From positions 41,813 to 105,812 of the forward strand of contig JAAXHO010000197.1 of the NCBI GenBank assembly GCA_012270795.1: a stretch of 64,000 nt of DNA, written 5' to 3'. Positions 38,470 to 47,036 of the stretch are shown one piece after another. A program made the position numbers and the translations under genes. The DNA is from Candidatus Poribacteria bacterium (lineage in GTDB: Bacteria; Poribacteria; WGA-4E; WGA-3G). Numbering within the stretch: position 1 is the first letter of the stretch; each line of letters begins with the position of its first letter. The notes below the pieces were generated by a model, which saw nothing but the letters and a program-made list of their open reading frames with translations, had not been told where the DNA came from and ran no database searches.

Positions 38470-39237
38470 ATGTATTGGGATGTTTTAGTTGATAAGTGGT
38501 TCATCCGGATTTTGATTTTTTGCATAATTTGTTCCATTGGAATTTTACTCTGGCAACAAAATGATATGGCAAAATTCAATAAAAAGATGGAAGCACATGA
38601 CGCATTCATTGCAAAATTAGAAAATGAAAAAAATGATACTAAGCAAATAACAGATCGAACTATCACAACTGGAGAAATAGAACATGACGAATGGAATGAA
38701 AATGAAGAATCAACATTCGTCAATGTGGATGTTGAAAAAGTACCCGACTTTGCGACAAAAATGATACAAGACGATGATACAACAGATACATCTTCGTTTA
38801 AAGTATCGACCCCTCAGGTAAGTGTTTCTCCTTACGGGTTTGGTCCCTATCCTGAGATCCCAGAGGACTATCCCGGATACCCATTTAACAATATGTCTGC
38901 AAACCATGAACTAATTGCACGTGTTAAAATAAAGTTGTGGAAACAAGGTATACGGAGTAGTGGTGGCATAATAAGAAACGGATTGGTCTATCCCATTATT
39001 CCTGGGAAGGTATATGTTGAATGGAAGGAGTTTACAAAACCAGATGGTACGGTGGTCAAAACCCCAACTCGAATTCTTGGGGACCCTGACGATTTACCAC
39101 GTAGTAACGAAAGTCTACTAGAAGAGGTAATACGGGAAATGAAAGGGATACCAAAAGTGATAGATCTTCCTTCTCACTTAGAAATTTTAAGCTTTGATGA
39201 GGGGATTGACCCGTATGACTTTTTAGATTTACAATAA
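38470..39237 (+). CDS. Hypothetical membrane-anchored protein of the 'GFGPYPEIPE' family (paralog of 6547-7014)
   Basis: An N-terminal TM anchor, then SPYGFGPYPEIPEDYPGY, YPIIPGKVYVEWKE and GIDPYDFLDL blocks shared with the 6547-7014 product. Confidence 0.6.
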   Translation: MYWDVLVDKWFIRILIFCIICSIGILLWQQNDMAKFNKKMEAHDAFIAKLENEKNDTKQITDRTITTGEIEHDEWNENEESTFVNVDVEKVPDFATKMIQDDDTTDTSSFKVSTPQVSVSPYGFGPYPEIPEDYPGYPFNNMSANHELIARVKIKLWKQGIRSSGGIIRNGLVYPIIPGKVYVEWKEFTKPDGTVVKTPTRILGDPDDLPRSNESLLEEVIREMKGIPKVIDLPSHLEILSFDEGIDPYDFLDLQ

Positions 39238-39250
39238 AGGAGATATTCAA

Positions 39251-40147
39251 ATGAAAAAATTAACCATTTTTCTAAATATTGCCCTAATCTTTGGTTTTAC
39301 CACAGTTGTATTTTCACTACGAGGACCAGAAAATAATCGGGCAAGCAACCGAGACACACATTCAAAAGCGACATTATTTTTTGCTGATCAAAATGGAAAT
39401 CTGGTTGTTGATCAACAAGGAAACACTATACCGTTTGCTGTCCATTATAATGGTGAGGATAGCGATCAGGTTTTATACTCTGGAAGTACAGTTATATCGC
39501 TTATGAATTTCAATGCCCCGAACTTTCATATTAATCTGGGTGTTATTTTAAAAGCAAGAAGCCAAGTTACTTGTACTACTCGAAACATTAACTGCGAAGG
39601 TAGGTTCGCTACCCAGGCAGGACTTTATCATAGTTGGGTAGACGATGACGATCAAGAAGAGTGGGAAAAAGGGGTAGATTACAATGGTCGTGTTGGGGAG
39701 AATGTAACTGAGGATAATAATGATGAAAATGATGGTTTGGCCTTGGCTAAGGTTGATACTAACAATGTAAAGTTTGATCTGTCAGCAGTAGAGAGTTGTG
39801 ATGCTCACAGTTGGATCTATGGTTGGGAACCTTTTCCTTTACCGGGAGCCGTGATAGCTTCCAATGATCCTCCTTCACCTTCTAATCCTAATGAAGGAAC
39901 CGTTTCTGGCAGTTGTGCTTCTGGCAGTTGTGCTTCTGGGGGAGGCAATATTGCAAACGCAGGAGATGAGCCAAACGGAAACAATGTCCAAAACATTGCC
40001 CAAAATGTCCAAAATGTCAATGAACCATCTCATGCTGCTCGATCATATGCCCCTATTAATAGAGAAAAAAATAAACCTGATGTTGATCTTAACCTGCCGA
40101 TTACTCCAGCTTTGCTGGATATTGTTTTTGAATCTCTTGCTGAATAA
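39251..40147 (+). CDS. Secreted hypothetical protein with low-complexity GSCASGSCASGGG and Asn/Asp-rich regions
   Basis: Signal peptide MKKLTIFLNIALIFGFTTVVFS. No recognisable domain. Confidence 0.5.
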   Translation: MKKLTIFLNIALIFGFTTVVFSLRGPENNRASNRDTHSKATLFFADQNGNLVVDQQGNTIPFAVHYNGEDSDQVLYSGSTVISLMNFNAPNFHINLGVILKARSQVTCTTRNINCEGRFATQAGLYHSWVDDDDQEEWEKGVDYNGRVGENVTEDNNDENDGLALAKVDTNNVKFDLSAVESCDAHSWIYGWEPFPLPGAVIASNDPPSPSNPNEGTVSGSCASGSCASGGGNIANAGDEPNGNNVQNIAQNVQNVNEPSHAARSYAPINREKNKPDVDLNLPITPALLDIVFESLAE

Positions 40148-40381
40148 AGTTGGTTATACCAACTCTAAGATATTATGGTTCATTCTTGAGGGAGAATTTG
40201 TAGGAGCGACTTTGAATCAACACCAAATGCGCTTTTGGTAATTGGCAGTTCGGGACTAAGAAGGTTGTACATACAGTGGTGTCTTCCAATTATATTCGAC
40301 ACAACAAAATTTCAGTAATGGAATTTTGTTTTTTAGAATTGGTATTTCTACAACATTGCTTAAGATTGTGTATAAACCCTA

Positions 40382-41371
40382 ATGAAAAAGAGTTTTACTA
40401 TATATCTTACCATTGGTGCCCTCTTTTACTGCATCATACTACTGACTTTCTGGATACGGATTCAGGGTGTACATAGACTACCCGCAGGGCAGTTTACTGA
40501 AAACGATGCCTATCTTTATCACTGGCACGCAAACATTATAGCGAAACACGGCGTGTTGCCTGCAAAGGATATGCACCGTTGGTTACCTAATGGAAGAGAT
40601 AACGGGTTACTTCTTTCGCTCTATTCCTACGCTATCGCTTACATACATAAAGCGGTGGCGTGGGCATTTCCAAAACTCACAATTAATCACATCCAACTTT
40701 ACCTCCCCGTATTCTGTTTTACCTTAGGACTTGGTGTGCTGTTTGTCTTTCTCACTCGCGTTCACGGACTGCTCTTTGCAACTGTCGTAGGTGTGCTATT
40801 GGCAACGCTACCCGGCAGCATTGAACGCAGTGCTGCAGGTTTTGGCGACAGAGACGCATGGTGCTGGATGTTCGGCATACTTGCTGTTATCAGTTACCTA
40901 TGGAAAGAGGTTATGCAGCCAGGTCGACGCAGGTTTGTTGCAACAATCCTTTCTGGATTCATCGTTTTTTTGGGTGGACTTTCCTGGGAAGCATTCGGAC
41001 TCTTTGTGCTGATAATACTCTGTATTGAGATATGGAAATTCTGTACCAACGAAACTGAACAGCACTTAAAAGAGTATCTAATATGGATACTCATGTTTGT
41101 TCCATTGCTCTACCTTTTAGCTCCCGCTTATCGTCGCGGTTACAGTTACTGGACGCACCTCGCTGTCTTAGTGCTCTTGCCACCCCTTGTGGTTTTCACA
41201 ATACGCGGAGCAAGGTATCTACTGCTTACTTATGTTGAGTTTCTGCAACCACATGCTCGAAAACTTGCATGGGGACTTACACTCGGTGCCATTGTATTAG
41301 GTATCGGTTATTTTTTTCCCAATCCAGCACGTTTGAAACAACCGTCTTCGCGCTTAAAGAGAGTCGACTGA
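40382..41371 (+). CDS. STT3/AglB/PglB-like oligosaccharyltransferase, N-terminal membrane half
   Basis: TM1 is followed by ENDAYLYHWHANII...LPAKDMHRWLPNGRD, which resembles the first external-loop motif of STT3/AglB. A DxD-like GFGDRD follows, with ~8 TM segments. The stop overlaps the next start (TGATG). Confidence 0.5.
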   Translation: MKKSFTIYLTIGALFYCIILLTFWIRIQGVHRLPAGQFTENDAYLYHWHANIIAKHGVLPAKDMHRWLPNGRDNGLLLSLYSYAIAYIHKAVAWAFPKLTINHIQLYLPVFCFTLGLGVLFVFLTRVHGLLFATVVGVLLATLPGSIERSAAGFGDRDAWCWMFGILAVISYLWKEVMQPGRRRFVATILSGFIVFLGGLSWEAFGLFVLIILCIEIWKFCTNETEQHLKEYLIWILMFVPLLYLLAPAYRRGYSYWTHLAVLVLLPPLVVFTIRGARYLLLTYVEFLQPHARKLAWGLTLGAIVLGIGYFFPNPARLKQPSSRLKRVD

Positions 41372-42774
41372 TGAAAGACATGACAGAACTCGTTGATCCA
41401 CATTATGGATATTGGACAGGGAGATATGGAACTGTTTTTATCTTAGGTAGCTTCGGTTTGATAATCACAAGTCTCCATCTTTGGAAACGGAATGGATTAC
41501 CTCTTGCTCTCGCGCTTTCTTTATTTTCCGCAACAACCTTTTTCCGATGGCAAATCAGCGGATGGATAGGAGAAAATACGTGCAACACGCTGTTTTTGAT
41601 TTCATTCGGATTCGCCGTTGGCTGTTTTGCCATTGCATCATTCCGAAAAGATACAGAGAAAAGTGAATTGGTAACGCTTGCTATACTTGCTTGGTTTCTC
41701 TTATGGGTAGCACTCTCGCGGGGAGGAAAACGCTATGACTTTTTTATTGGTCTTCCACTTGCTTACGGCACTGCATGGATCCTCTCTGTTTCACCTGGCT
41801 ACATCTTACAAAAACTTAAAAATGCAAAAATTCTGTATCCCCATGTTAACGAACAATGGGTTACGATTTGCTTTGCAATTATTGTGTTAATTCCAGTTTT
41901 CTTTTGGAATCCTCTCGGTGGTCATGCAAATCGGGCAATTGCAGCTGCAGCAACCTGGCGCAACCCTACCCCTGGTGAAGGAACACCACTTAGCAAAACT
42001 TATGAATGGATGAAAAATACACTACCGCAAGACACTGTGGTCGCTGCAAACTGGAGTTACGGAAGCCAACTTAATGTTTTCGGAGGAGTCAAAACTATTA
42101 CAGATCAGGACACTTTCCTCCCACATTGGATTCATCTCTATTATAGACACGTCTACTGCGCGCAATCTGAGCGCGAAGCATTAGAATTTCTTAAAACTCA
42201 CGGTGTAACACACCTCATGCTCAGAGAATGGGGAATAGTAAATCGTGCATATACCTATTCTTATATCGGCAGTGATGAAAAAGGCGATAAGAGATTCGGG
42301 TTCACACCTCTTGTTAAGGACAGGAACAAACAGCTCACAAGTCCAAAAAATATTCGATTTCGTTTTCAATATATAAGTACAGTGGGAATAGAGGTTAAAA
42401 ACCCGCCTGATCCCTACTTAAATGCGCGTCTAAAAACAGGAGCTGTCGCACGACTTCCTTATGTAATGTTCAAAGGTACTAAACGCCATGTTCCTCAATT
42501 ACCTAGCTATAGAAACCCACACGGTGGTGTAATTCTCTATTACGATCAAAATGGAACTTTGGAAAAAGCATATCATATTTCCAGTCGTGGTTGGAAATGT
42601 CTTGCTGTGCAGCTCTATTTTCTCGGTGAGATGTCTGATACGTTTGTTCCTGTCTACCCCGAAGAAGAAAATAATACAACCTCTGTCAAAGTTTGGAAAA
42701 TTAACTATCCATCTGATATAGAAGCAAATCCTAAATATCTTGTGACAGAACCCGAAACCTCTCATGAAAAATGA
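41371..42774 (+). CDS. STT3/AglB/PglB-like oligosaccharyltransferase, C-terminal half (TM segments + periplasmic domain) with divergent motifs
   Basis: About 6 TM segments, then a soluble domain. SVSP lies in a loop (compare SVSE/TIxE), and ANWSYGSQL lies where WWDYG is expected. The gene is translationally coupled to the previous ORF. Confidence 0.5.
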   Translation: MKDMTELVDPHYGYWTGRYGTVFILGSFGLIITSLHLWKRNGLPLALALSLFSATTFFRWQISGWIGENTCNTLFLISFGFAVGCFAIASFRKDTEKSELVTLAILAWFLLWVALSRGGKRYDFFIGLPLAYGTAWILSVSPGYILQKLKNAKILYPHVNEQWVTICFAIIVLIPVFFWNPLGGHANRAIAAAATWRNPTPGEGTPLSKTYEWMKNTLPQDTVVAANWSYGSQLNVFGGVKTITDQDTFLPHWIHLYYRHVYCAQSEREALEFLKTHGVTHLMLREWGIVNRAYTYSYIGSDEKGDKRFGFTPLVKDRNKQLTSPKNIRFRFQYISTVGIEVKNPPDPYLNARLKTGAVARLPYVMFKGTKRHVPQLPSYRNPHGGVILYYDQNGTLEKAYHISSRGWKCLAVQLYFLGEMSDTFVPVYPEEENNTTSVKVWKINYPSDIEANPKYLVTEPETSHEK

Positions 42775-43525
42775 AACCATTGAAGTCTCTATCGTCATGC
42801 CGTGTCTCAACGAAGAAGAAACACTTGGCATATGTATTGAAAAGGCACAATCCACCCTCAAATCTTTAGGGTATTCAGGTGAAGTTGTCATCGCTGATAA
42901 CGGTTCCATTGATAACTCCGTTGAAATTGCCAAACGTCTCGGTGCACGCGTTGTGCATCAACAGACACGAGGTTACGGTGCAGCTTATCTTGCTGGTTTT
43001 GCTGCTGCACAGGGGCAATACATCATCATGGGAGACTCCGATGATACATACGACTTCACAGATTTAGAACGATTCATAACACCCCTTCAAAATGGATATA
43101 ACCTCGTTATCGGCAATCGGTTTAAAGGTAAGATTTTACCGGGTGCTATGCCGTGGGCAAGACGTTATATCGGCAACCCAATACTTTCTGGAATGCTGCG
43201 CTTGTTATTTGGTACATATATATCAGATTCACACTGCGGGATGCGATCATTTACTACCGATGCATACAAACGGATGGACTTAAAAACAACAGGCATGGAA
43301 TTCGCCTCTGAAATGGTTATCAAAGCAGTCCAGTCTGAGTTGAAAATACTTGAAATTCCAATCACCTATCACCCCCGTGGCGGCGAGTCAAAACTTAATG
43401 CGATTCGGGACGCATGGCGACATATCCTGTTTATGATAAAATATAAACTCTCCAACCAGACAACACATGATAAAAAATCAGCAACTTCCACAGATCCCAA
43501 AAAAAACAATGGATCGCTTCCTTGA
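42764..43525 (+). CDS. Family 2 glycosyltransferase (polyprenyl-phosphate sugar synthase, DPM1/GtrB-like)
   Basis: VSIVMPCLNEE...ADNGSIDNS...GDSDDTY (DxD) and the overall GT2 pattern are present. Its start overlaps the previous stop. Confidence 0.8.
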   Translation: MKNETIEVSIVMPCLNEEETLGICIEKAQSTLKSLGYSGEVVIADNGSIDNSVEIAKRLGARVVHQQTRGYGAAYLAGFAAAQGQYIIMGDSDDTYDFTDLERFITPLQNGYNLVIGNRFKGKILPGAMPWARRYIGNPILSGMLRLLFGTYISDSHCGMRSFTTDAYKRMDLKTTGMEFASEMVIKAVQSELKILEIPITYHPRGGESKLNAIRDAWRHILFMIKYKLSNQTTHDKKSATSTDPKKNNGSLP

Positions 43526-44045
43526 ATACCTACGGTTTACCAAAGCGAAAAAACACATTCCAAAAGGAGCATATCTCTTAGATGTTGGGACAGGAGATGG
43601 ATCGTTTTTACGTTTTCTCAACGGACACATTTTATCAGGGGTTGGTATAGACCCACTTATCACAACTACCATACATTCTAAGGATTGGACGCTTCAACCA
43701 GGCACTTTCCCTCAGGATTTTCACACTGAAGGACGTTTTGATGTCATAACTCTCCTCGCTGTCGTTGAACATATTCCCGATGACGAACTGCATCAGGTAG
43801 TGGACACCTGCTGGAATCACTTAAAACCTGGGGGACGCGTTATTATCACCGTACCCCATCCGTTTGTAGATAAGATCTTAGATGTTTTGAAGTTTTTGAA
43901 AATTATTAAGGGACTTTCTCTTGAGGAACATCACGGATTCAATCCTGAAGTCTTGCCAGATGTCTTTTGTCGGTGGAAATTGATTAAAAAAGAACGTTGG
44001 GAACTCGGATGTAATTACTTATTCATATTTGAAACAGATCTTTAA
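43509..44045 (+). CDS. Class I SAM-dependent methyltransferase
   Basis: Motif I LDVGTGDGSF, motif II region VGIDPL, and VITLLAVVEHIPDDEL. Start chosen at MDRFLEY. Confidence 0.65.
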   Translation: MDRFLEYLRFTKAKKHIPKGAYLLDVGTGDGSFLRFLNGHILSGVGIDPLITTTIHSKDWTLQPGTFPQDFHTEGRFDVITLLAVVEHIPDDELHQVVDTCWNHLKPGGRVIITVPHPFVDKILDVLKFLKIIKGLSLEEHHGFNPEVLPDVFCRWKLIKKERWELGCNYLFIFETDL

Positions 44046-44077
44046 TTTTGACTATAGTTGGATAGTTTTTTTACCTA

Positions 44078-44161
44078 TCTCATAAATGGTAGGAGGGGTT
44101 TGTAACCCCGATTTACCAGACACGCGACACGGTGAATTCGGACAAAATCGTATTTATGAGA
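44078..44161. repeat. MITE-like element, second copy of the 12714-12796 family
   Basis: tctcataaatggtaggaggggtttgtaaccccgatttacc...atttatgaga. Confidence 0.8.
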
Positions 44162-44207
44162 TACCTTGTAACCTAATTTTTGTTGCATAATACATACAAT
44201 CACAGTC

Positions 44208-45320
44208 TCACATTTCAGATGCTTGCAAATCCTGTGCAGCTTCTAATAACGCATTCGCCAAAAACTCTGGATTTACTTCGTCTTTACCCCGGAAGGTGCG
44301 CACCCGTTCACCGTTGACTTTTAGGACAGCCAGTTCTTTGCCGCCGAGATGGATACCGAGTTTTGCGTTGCGTGTTTCACCTGGACCGTTGACTTCACAT
44401 CCCATCACTGCTATATCCATGTTTATACCGTGTTTATCTAAAAGTGTTTCTGCGGCAGCGACGATGTTTTCATAATTTGCCTCAGGGTCACCACGTCCAC
44501 AGAAGGGACAAGAGATGACATTTAATATATTTTCTGCCATACCGAGTGCCCGCAGCAGTTCCTTTGCAGTCAGGACCTCTTCAACGGGGTCGCCTGTGAT
44601 AGAGATGCGGAGGGTGTCTCCGATTCCATCTAACAAGAGTGTGCCGATGCCGAGGGTGGACTTGACATGTGCGCGGCGCGGTGTGCCTGCTTCGGTTACG
44701 CCGAGGTGTAAGGGATAACGCACTTTCTCGGAAAGTAATCTGTTCGCCTTTATCATACGTAGTGGGTCGCTGGATTTGACGGAGATTGCGATGTCGGTAA
44801 AATCGTGTTCTTCACAGATTTTGACATGCCGCATGGCACTTTCTACTAATGCTTCTGCTGTGGGTGAGGGGTATTTATCTAATAGGTCTTTTTCAAGTGA
44901 ACCTTCGTTGACACCAATACGAATGGGGATATTTGCGGCTTTCGCAGCGGACAACACTTGTGCAATCCGTTCTTCGTTGCCGATGTTCCCCGGATTGATG
45001 CGAACCTTTGCGACACCTGCATCTACTGCATCCAGCGCGAATCTGTAGTTGAAGTGGATGTCGGCAACAATTGGGACAGGTGAGCGTTTCACGATTTGAC
45101 TAAGTGCTTTTGCGTCCTTTTCATCTGGTACAGCCACTCGTACGATTTGTGCACCTGCTTCTGTACACCGTTCAACTTGTGCTAATGTAGCGTCAATGTC
45201 GTGCGTTAGAGTAGTAGTCATCGTCTGGATGGAAATAGGATTTCCACCACCAATTGGCACGTTTCCTACATGTATGGTTCGGGTAGGTTTCCGATTATTT
45301 ATTTGAATAAGTTCTTTCAT
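44208..45320 (-). CDS. ispG: 4-hydroxy-3-methylbut-2-en-1-yl diphosphate synthase (flavodoxin)
   Basis: The IspG/GcpE pattern includes the C-terminal Fe-S Cys motif CPFCGR...C. Confidence 0.9.
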   Translation of the reverse strand: MKELIQINNRKPTRTIHVGNVPIGGGNPISIQTMTTTLTHDIDATLAQVERCTEAGAQIVRVAVPDEKDAKALSQIVKRSPVPIVADIHFNYRFALDAVDAGVAKVRINPGNIGNEERIAQVLSAAKAANIPIRIGVNEGSLEKDLLDKYPSPTAEALVESAMRHVKICEEHDFTDIAISVKSSDPLRMIKANRLLSEKVRYPLHLGVTEAGTPRRAHVKSTLGIGTLLLDGIGDTLRISITGDPVEEVLTAKELLRALGMAENILNVISCPFCGRGDPEANYENIVAAAETLLDKHGINMDIAVMGCEVNGPGETRNAKLGIHLGGKELAVLKVNGERVRTFRGKDEVNPEFLANALLEAAQDLQASEM

Positions 45321-45360
45321 GATTAGTATGGCTTTCAGTTTTAGGAGTTAATTTTTCGTT

Positions 45361-46461
45361 TTAAACAAGAGACGTGAGTACCTCAATGAAACGTTCGTTC
45401 TGATTCGGTGTGCCGATGGTAACCCTGATTGCATTTGGGTATCCGTAATCTTTCATTTCTCGAACGATTACACCTTTTTCTATCATAGCTTCAACCAGCT
45501 TTGCACCAGATTGATTTACAAAAAACATAATGAAGTTTCCTTCAGATTTTATATATCGTAACCCTAATTTGTCAAAAGCGTTGTAAAGAAAGGATTTGCC
45601 TATTTCATTGAGTTCTTTACTTTTTTCAACAAAATCAGTATCTTTTAGAGCTGCGCGTGCTGCTGCTTGTGCGACTGCGTTGCAGTTGAATGGTTGCCGA
45701 ACAGCGTCCATTGTAGAGATTATTGAAGTGGGTGCAATGCCATAACCGATACGCAATCCCGCAAGACCGTAGATTTTAGAAAAAGTACGTGTGATAATGA
45801 AGTTGCGTTCTTCCATCACATAAGGCAGTGTCTGCGAATAATCAGGGTGTGTAACATATTCGTAATATGCCTCATCAAAGATGACTAAGACATTTTCTGG
45901 TACCATTGCCATAAATTGTGCAGTTTCAGCTGCAGTCACCATTGTTCCTGTAGGGTTATTTGGATTTGCAATAAAGATAACTTTTGTCTTATCTGTGATG
46001 GCTGTTGCCATTGATGATAGGTGGTGTATGTCGTTTTGCATCGGCACGACAACGGGAGTAGCACCCGCAATTTTTGCAACAAGACCATAGACGACAAATG
46101 CTCCTTCCGAATAAATGACCTCGTCCCCTGGGCCGAGGTAAGTATCACCGACGAGTGTCAACACTTCGTTAGAACCGTTAGTTAAAATCAGATGGTCTTC
46201 GGTTACATCAAGATGTTTTGCTAAATCTGCTTTGAGATAATAGGCACTCCCATCGGGATAAAGATTTACTTTCGTGGCACTCTCTTTTATTGCCAGCAAG
46301 GCTAATGGGGAAGCACCGAGTGGATTTTCGTTTGATGCCAATTTGATTATATTAGAGATGCCGAGTTCGCGTTGGACCTCTTCAATGGGTTTTCCGCCTT
46401 TATATGCCTTAATGGTTTCAATACCGGGTCTGGGGATGAGTCTTTTCTTTGTTGTTTTCAC
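45361..46461 (-). CDS. hisC: Histidinol-phosphate aminotransferase
   Basis: KLASNENPLGASP, the PLP-lysine region (FSKIYGLAGLRIGY), and class II aminotransferase length. Confidence 0.85.
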   Translation of the reverse strand: MKTTKKRLIPRPGIETIKAYKGGKPIEEVQRELGISNIIKLASNENPLGASPLALLAIKESATKVNLYPDGSAYYLKADLAKHLDVTEDHLILTNGSNEVLTLVGDTYLGPGDEVIYSEGAFVVYGLVAKIAGATPVVVPMQNDIHHLSSMATAITDKTKVIFIANPNNPTGTMVTAAETAQFMAMVPENVLVIFDEAYYEYVTHPDYSQTLPYVMEERNFIITRTFSKIYGLAGLRIGYGIAPTSIISTMDAVRQPFNCNAVAQAAARAALKDTDFVEKSKELNEIGKSFLYNAFDKLGLRYIKSEGNFIMFFVNQSGAKLVEAMIEKGVIVREMKDYGYPNAIRVTIGTPNQNERFIEVLTSLV

Positions 46462-46548
46462 TGGTTTCCTAATCTAAATATTTGTATTGTCATACCATTT
46501 CTATAAATTATTGTCTTATTGAATGGTTGTTATCGTAGTCATTCTTTA

Positions 46549-46608
46549 GGACACAAACTGAAAGTTTGTGCTACAAAAAAGAGACATTATCATTTAGAAA
46601 TGGTATCA
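46549..46608. promoter_or_regulatory. Conserved upstream element (perfect palindrome CACAAACTGAAAGTTTGTG + ...CATTTCTAAA box), ~90 nt upstream of hisC
   Basis: ggacacaaactgaaagtttgtgctacaaaaaagagacattatcatttagaaatggtatcag. The same composite recurs at 54431-54492 and in part at 32363-32454. Confidence 0.5.
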
Positions 46609-46711
46609 GTTTTGTCTTTATTTTGGAGTTATCCTATCTCCGTATTATAGTGTAGCATAGATTGTGTTTTGTTTCATTGAAAAATACAAATTTGGGTGTA
46701 AAGTTTTGGTT

Positions 46712-46938
46712 ACTTGTCTGAACCAGGATTTGCCAAATCAACGGTATGAATGCCTTTTGGCATTCCCCGGGATTTACAGATTACCAGGATTGCCGCATCA
46801 ACGTTTTTTTGATAAGCATTTATGTTAACTTTCGAATGGCAATCTAATGCACCATACTCCAATCCCGGGGAATGCCAAAAGGCATTCATACCGTTGATTT
46901 GAAAATCTGGTAATCCTGCAAATCCTGGTTCAGACAAG
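46712..46938. repeat. Large composite palindrome (~227 bp) with perfect 21-bp terminal inverted repeats (CTTGTCTGAACCAGGATTTGC) and nested inner palindromes
   Basis: The inner module caacggtatgaatgccttttggcattccccggg is present in both arms in opposite orientation. The element lies 100-325 nt downstream of the 3' end of the WD40 gene. Confidence 0.75.
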
Positions 46939-47036
46939 TGAAAATACTATAGACATACGAGAAAAAAGATGGCAAACAAAAGTCATATCAATGTTTCTAT
47001 AAAAACTTTACACACCCTACAAATTTGAAACGGCAA

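Noticed and set aside
40382-42774. Reading the two STT3-like ORFs as a single gene broken by sequencing error
   Set aside because: Unlike the other split genes, the junction is a clean ATGA-type stop/start overlap (TGATG), with the second ORF beginning exactly at that ATG. That is typical of genuine translational coupling, so it is reported as two genes, although a fusion in relatives remains possible.
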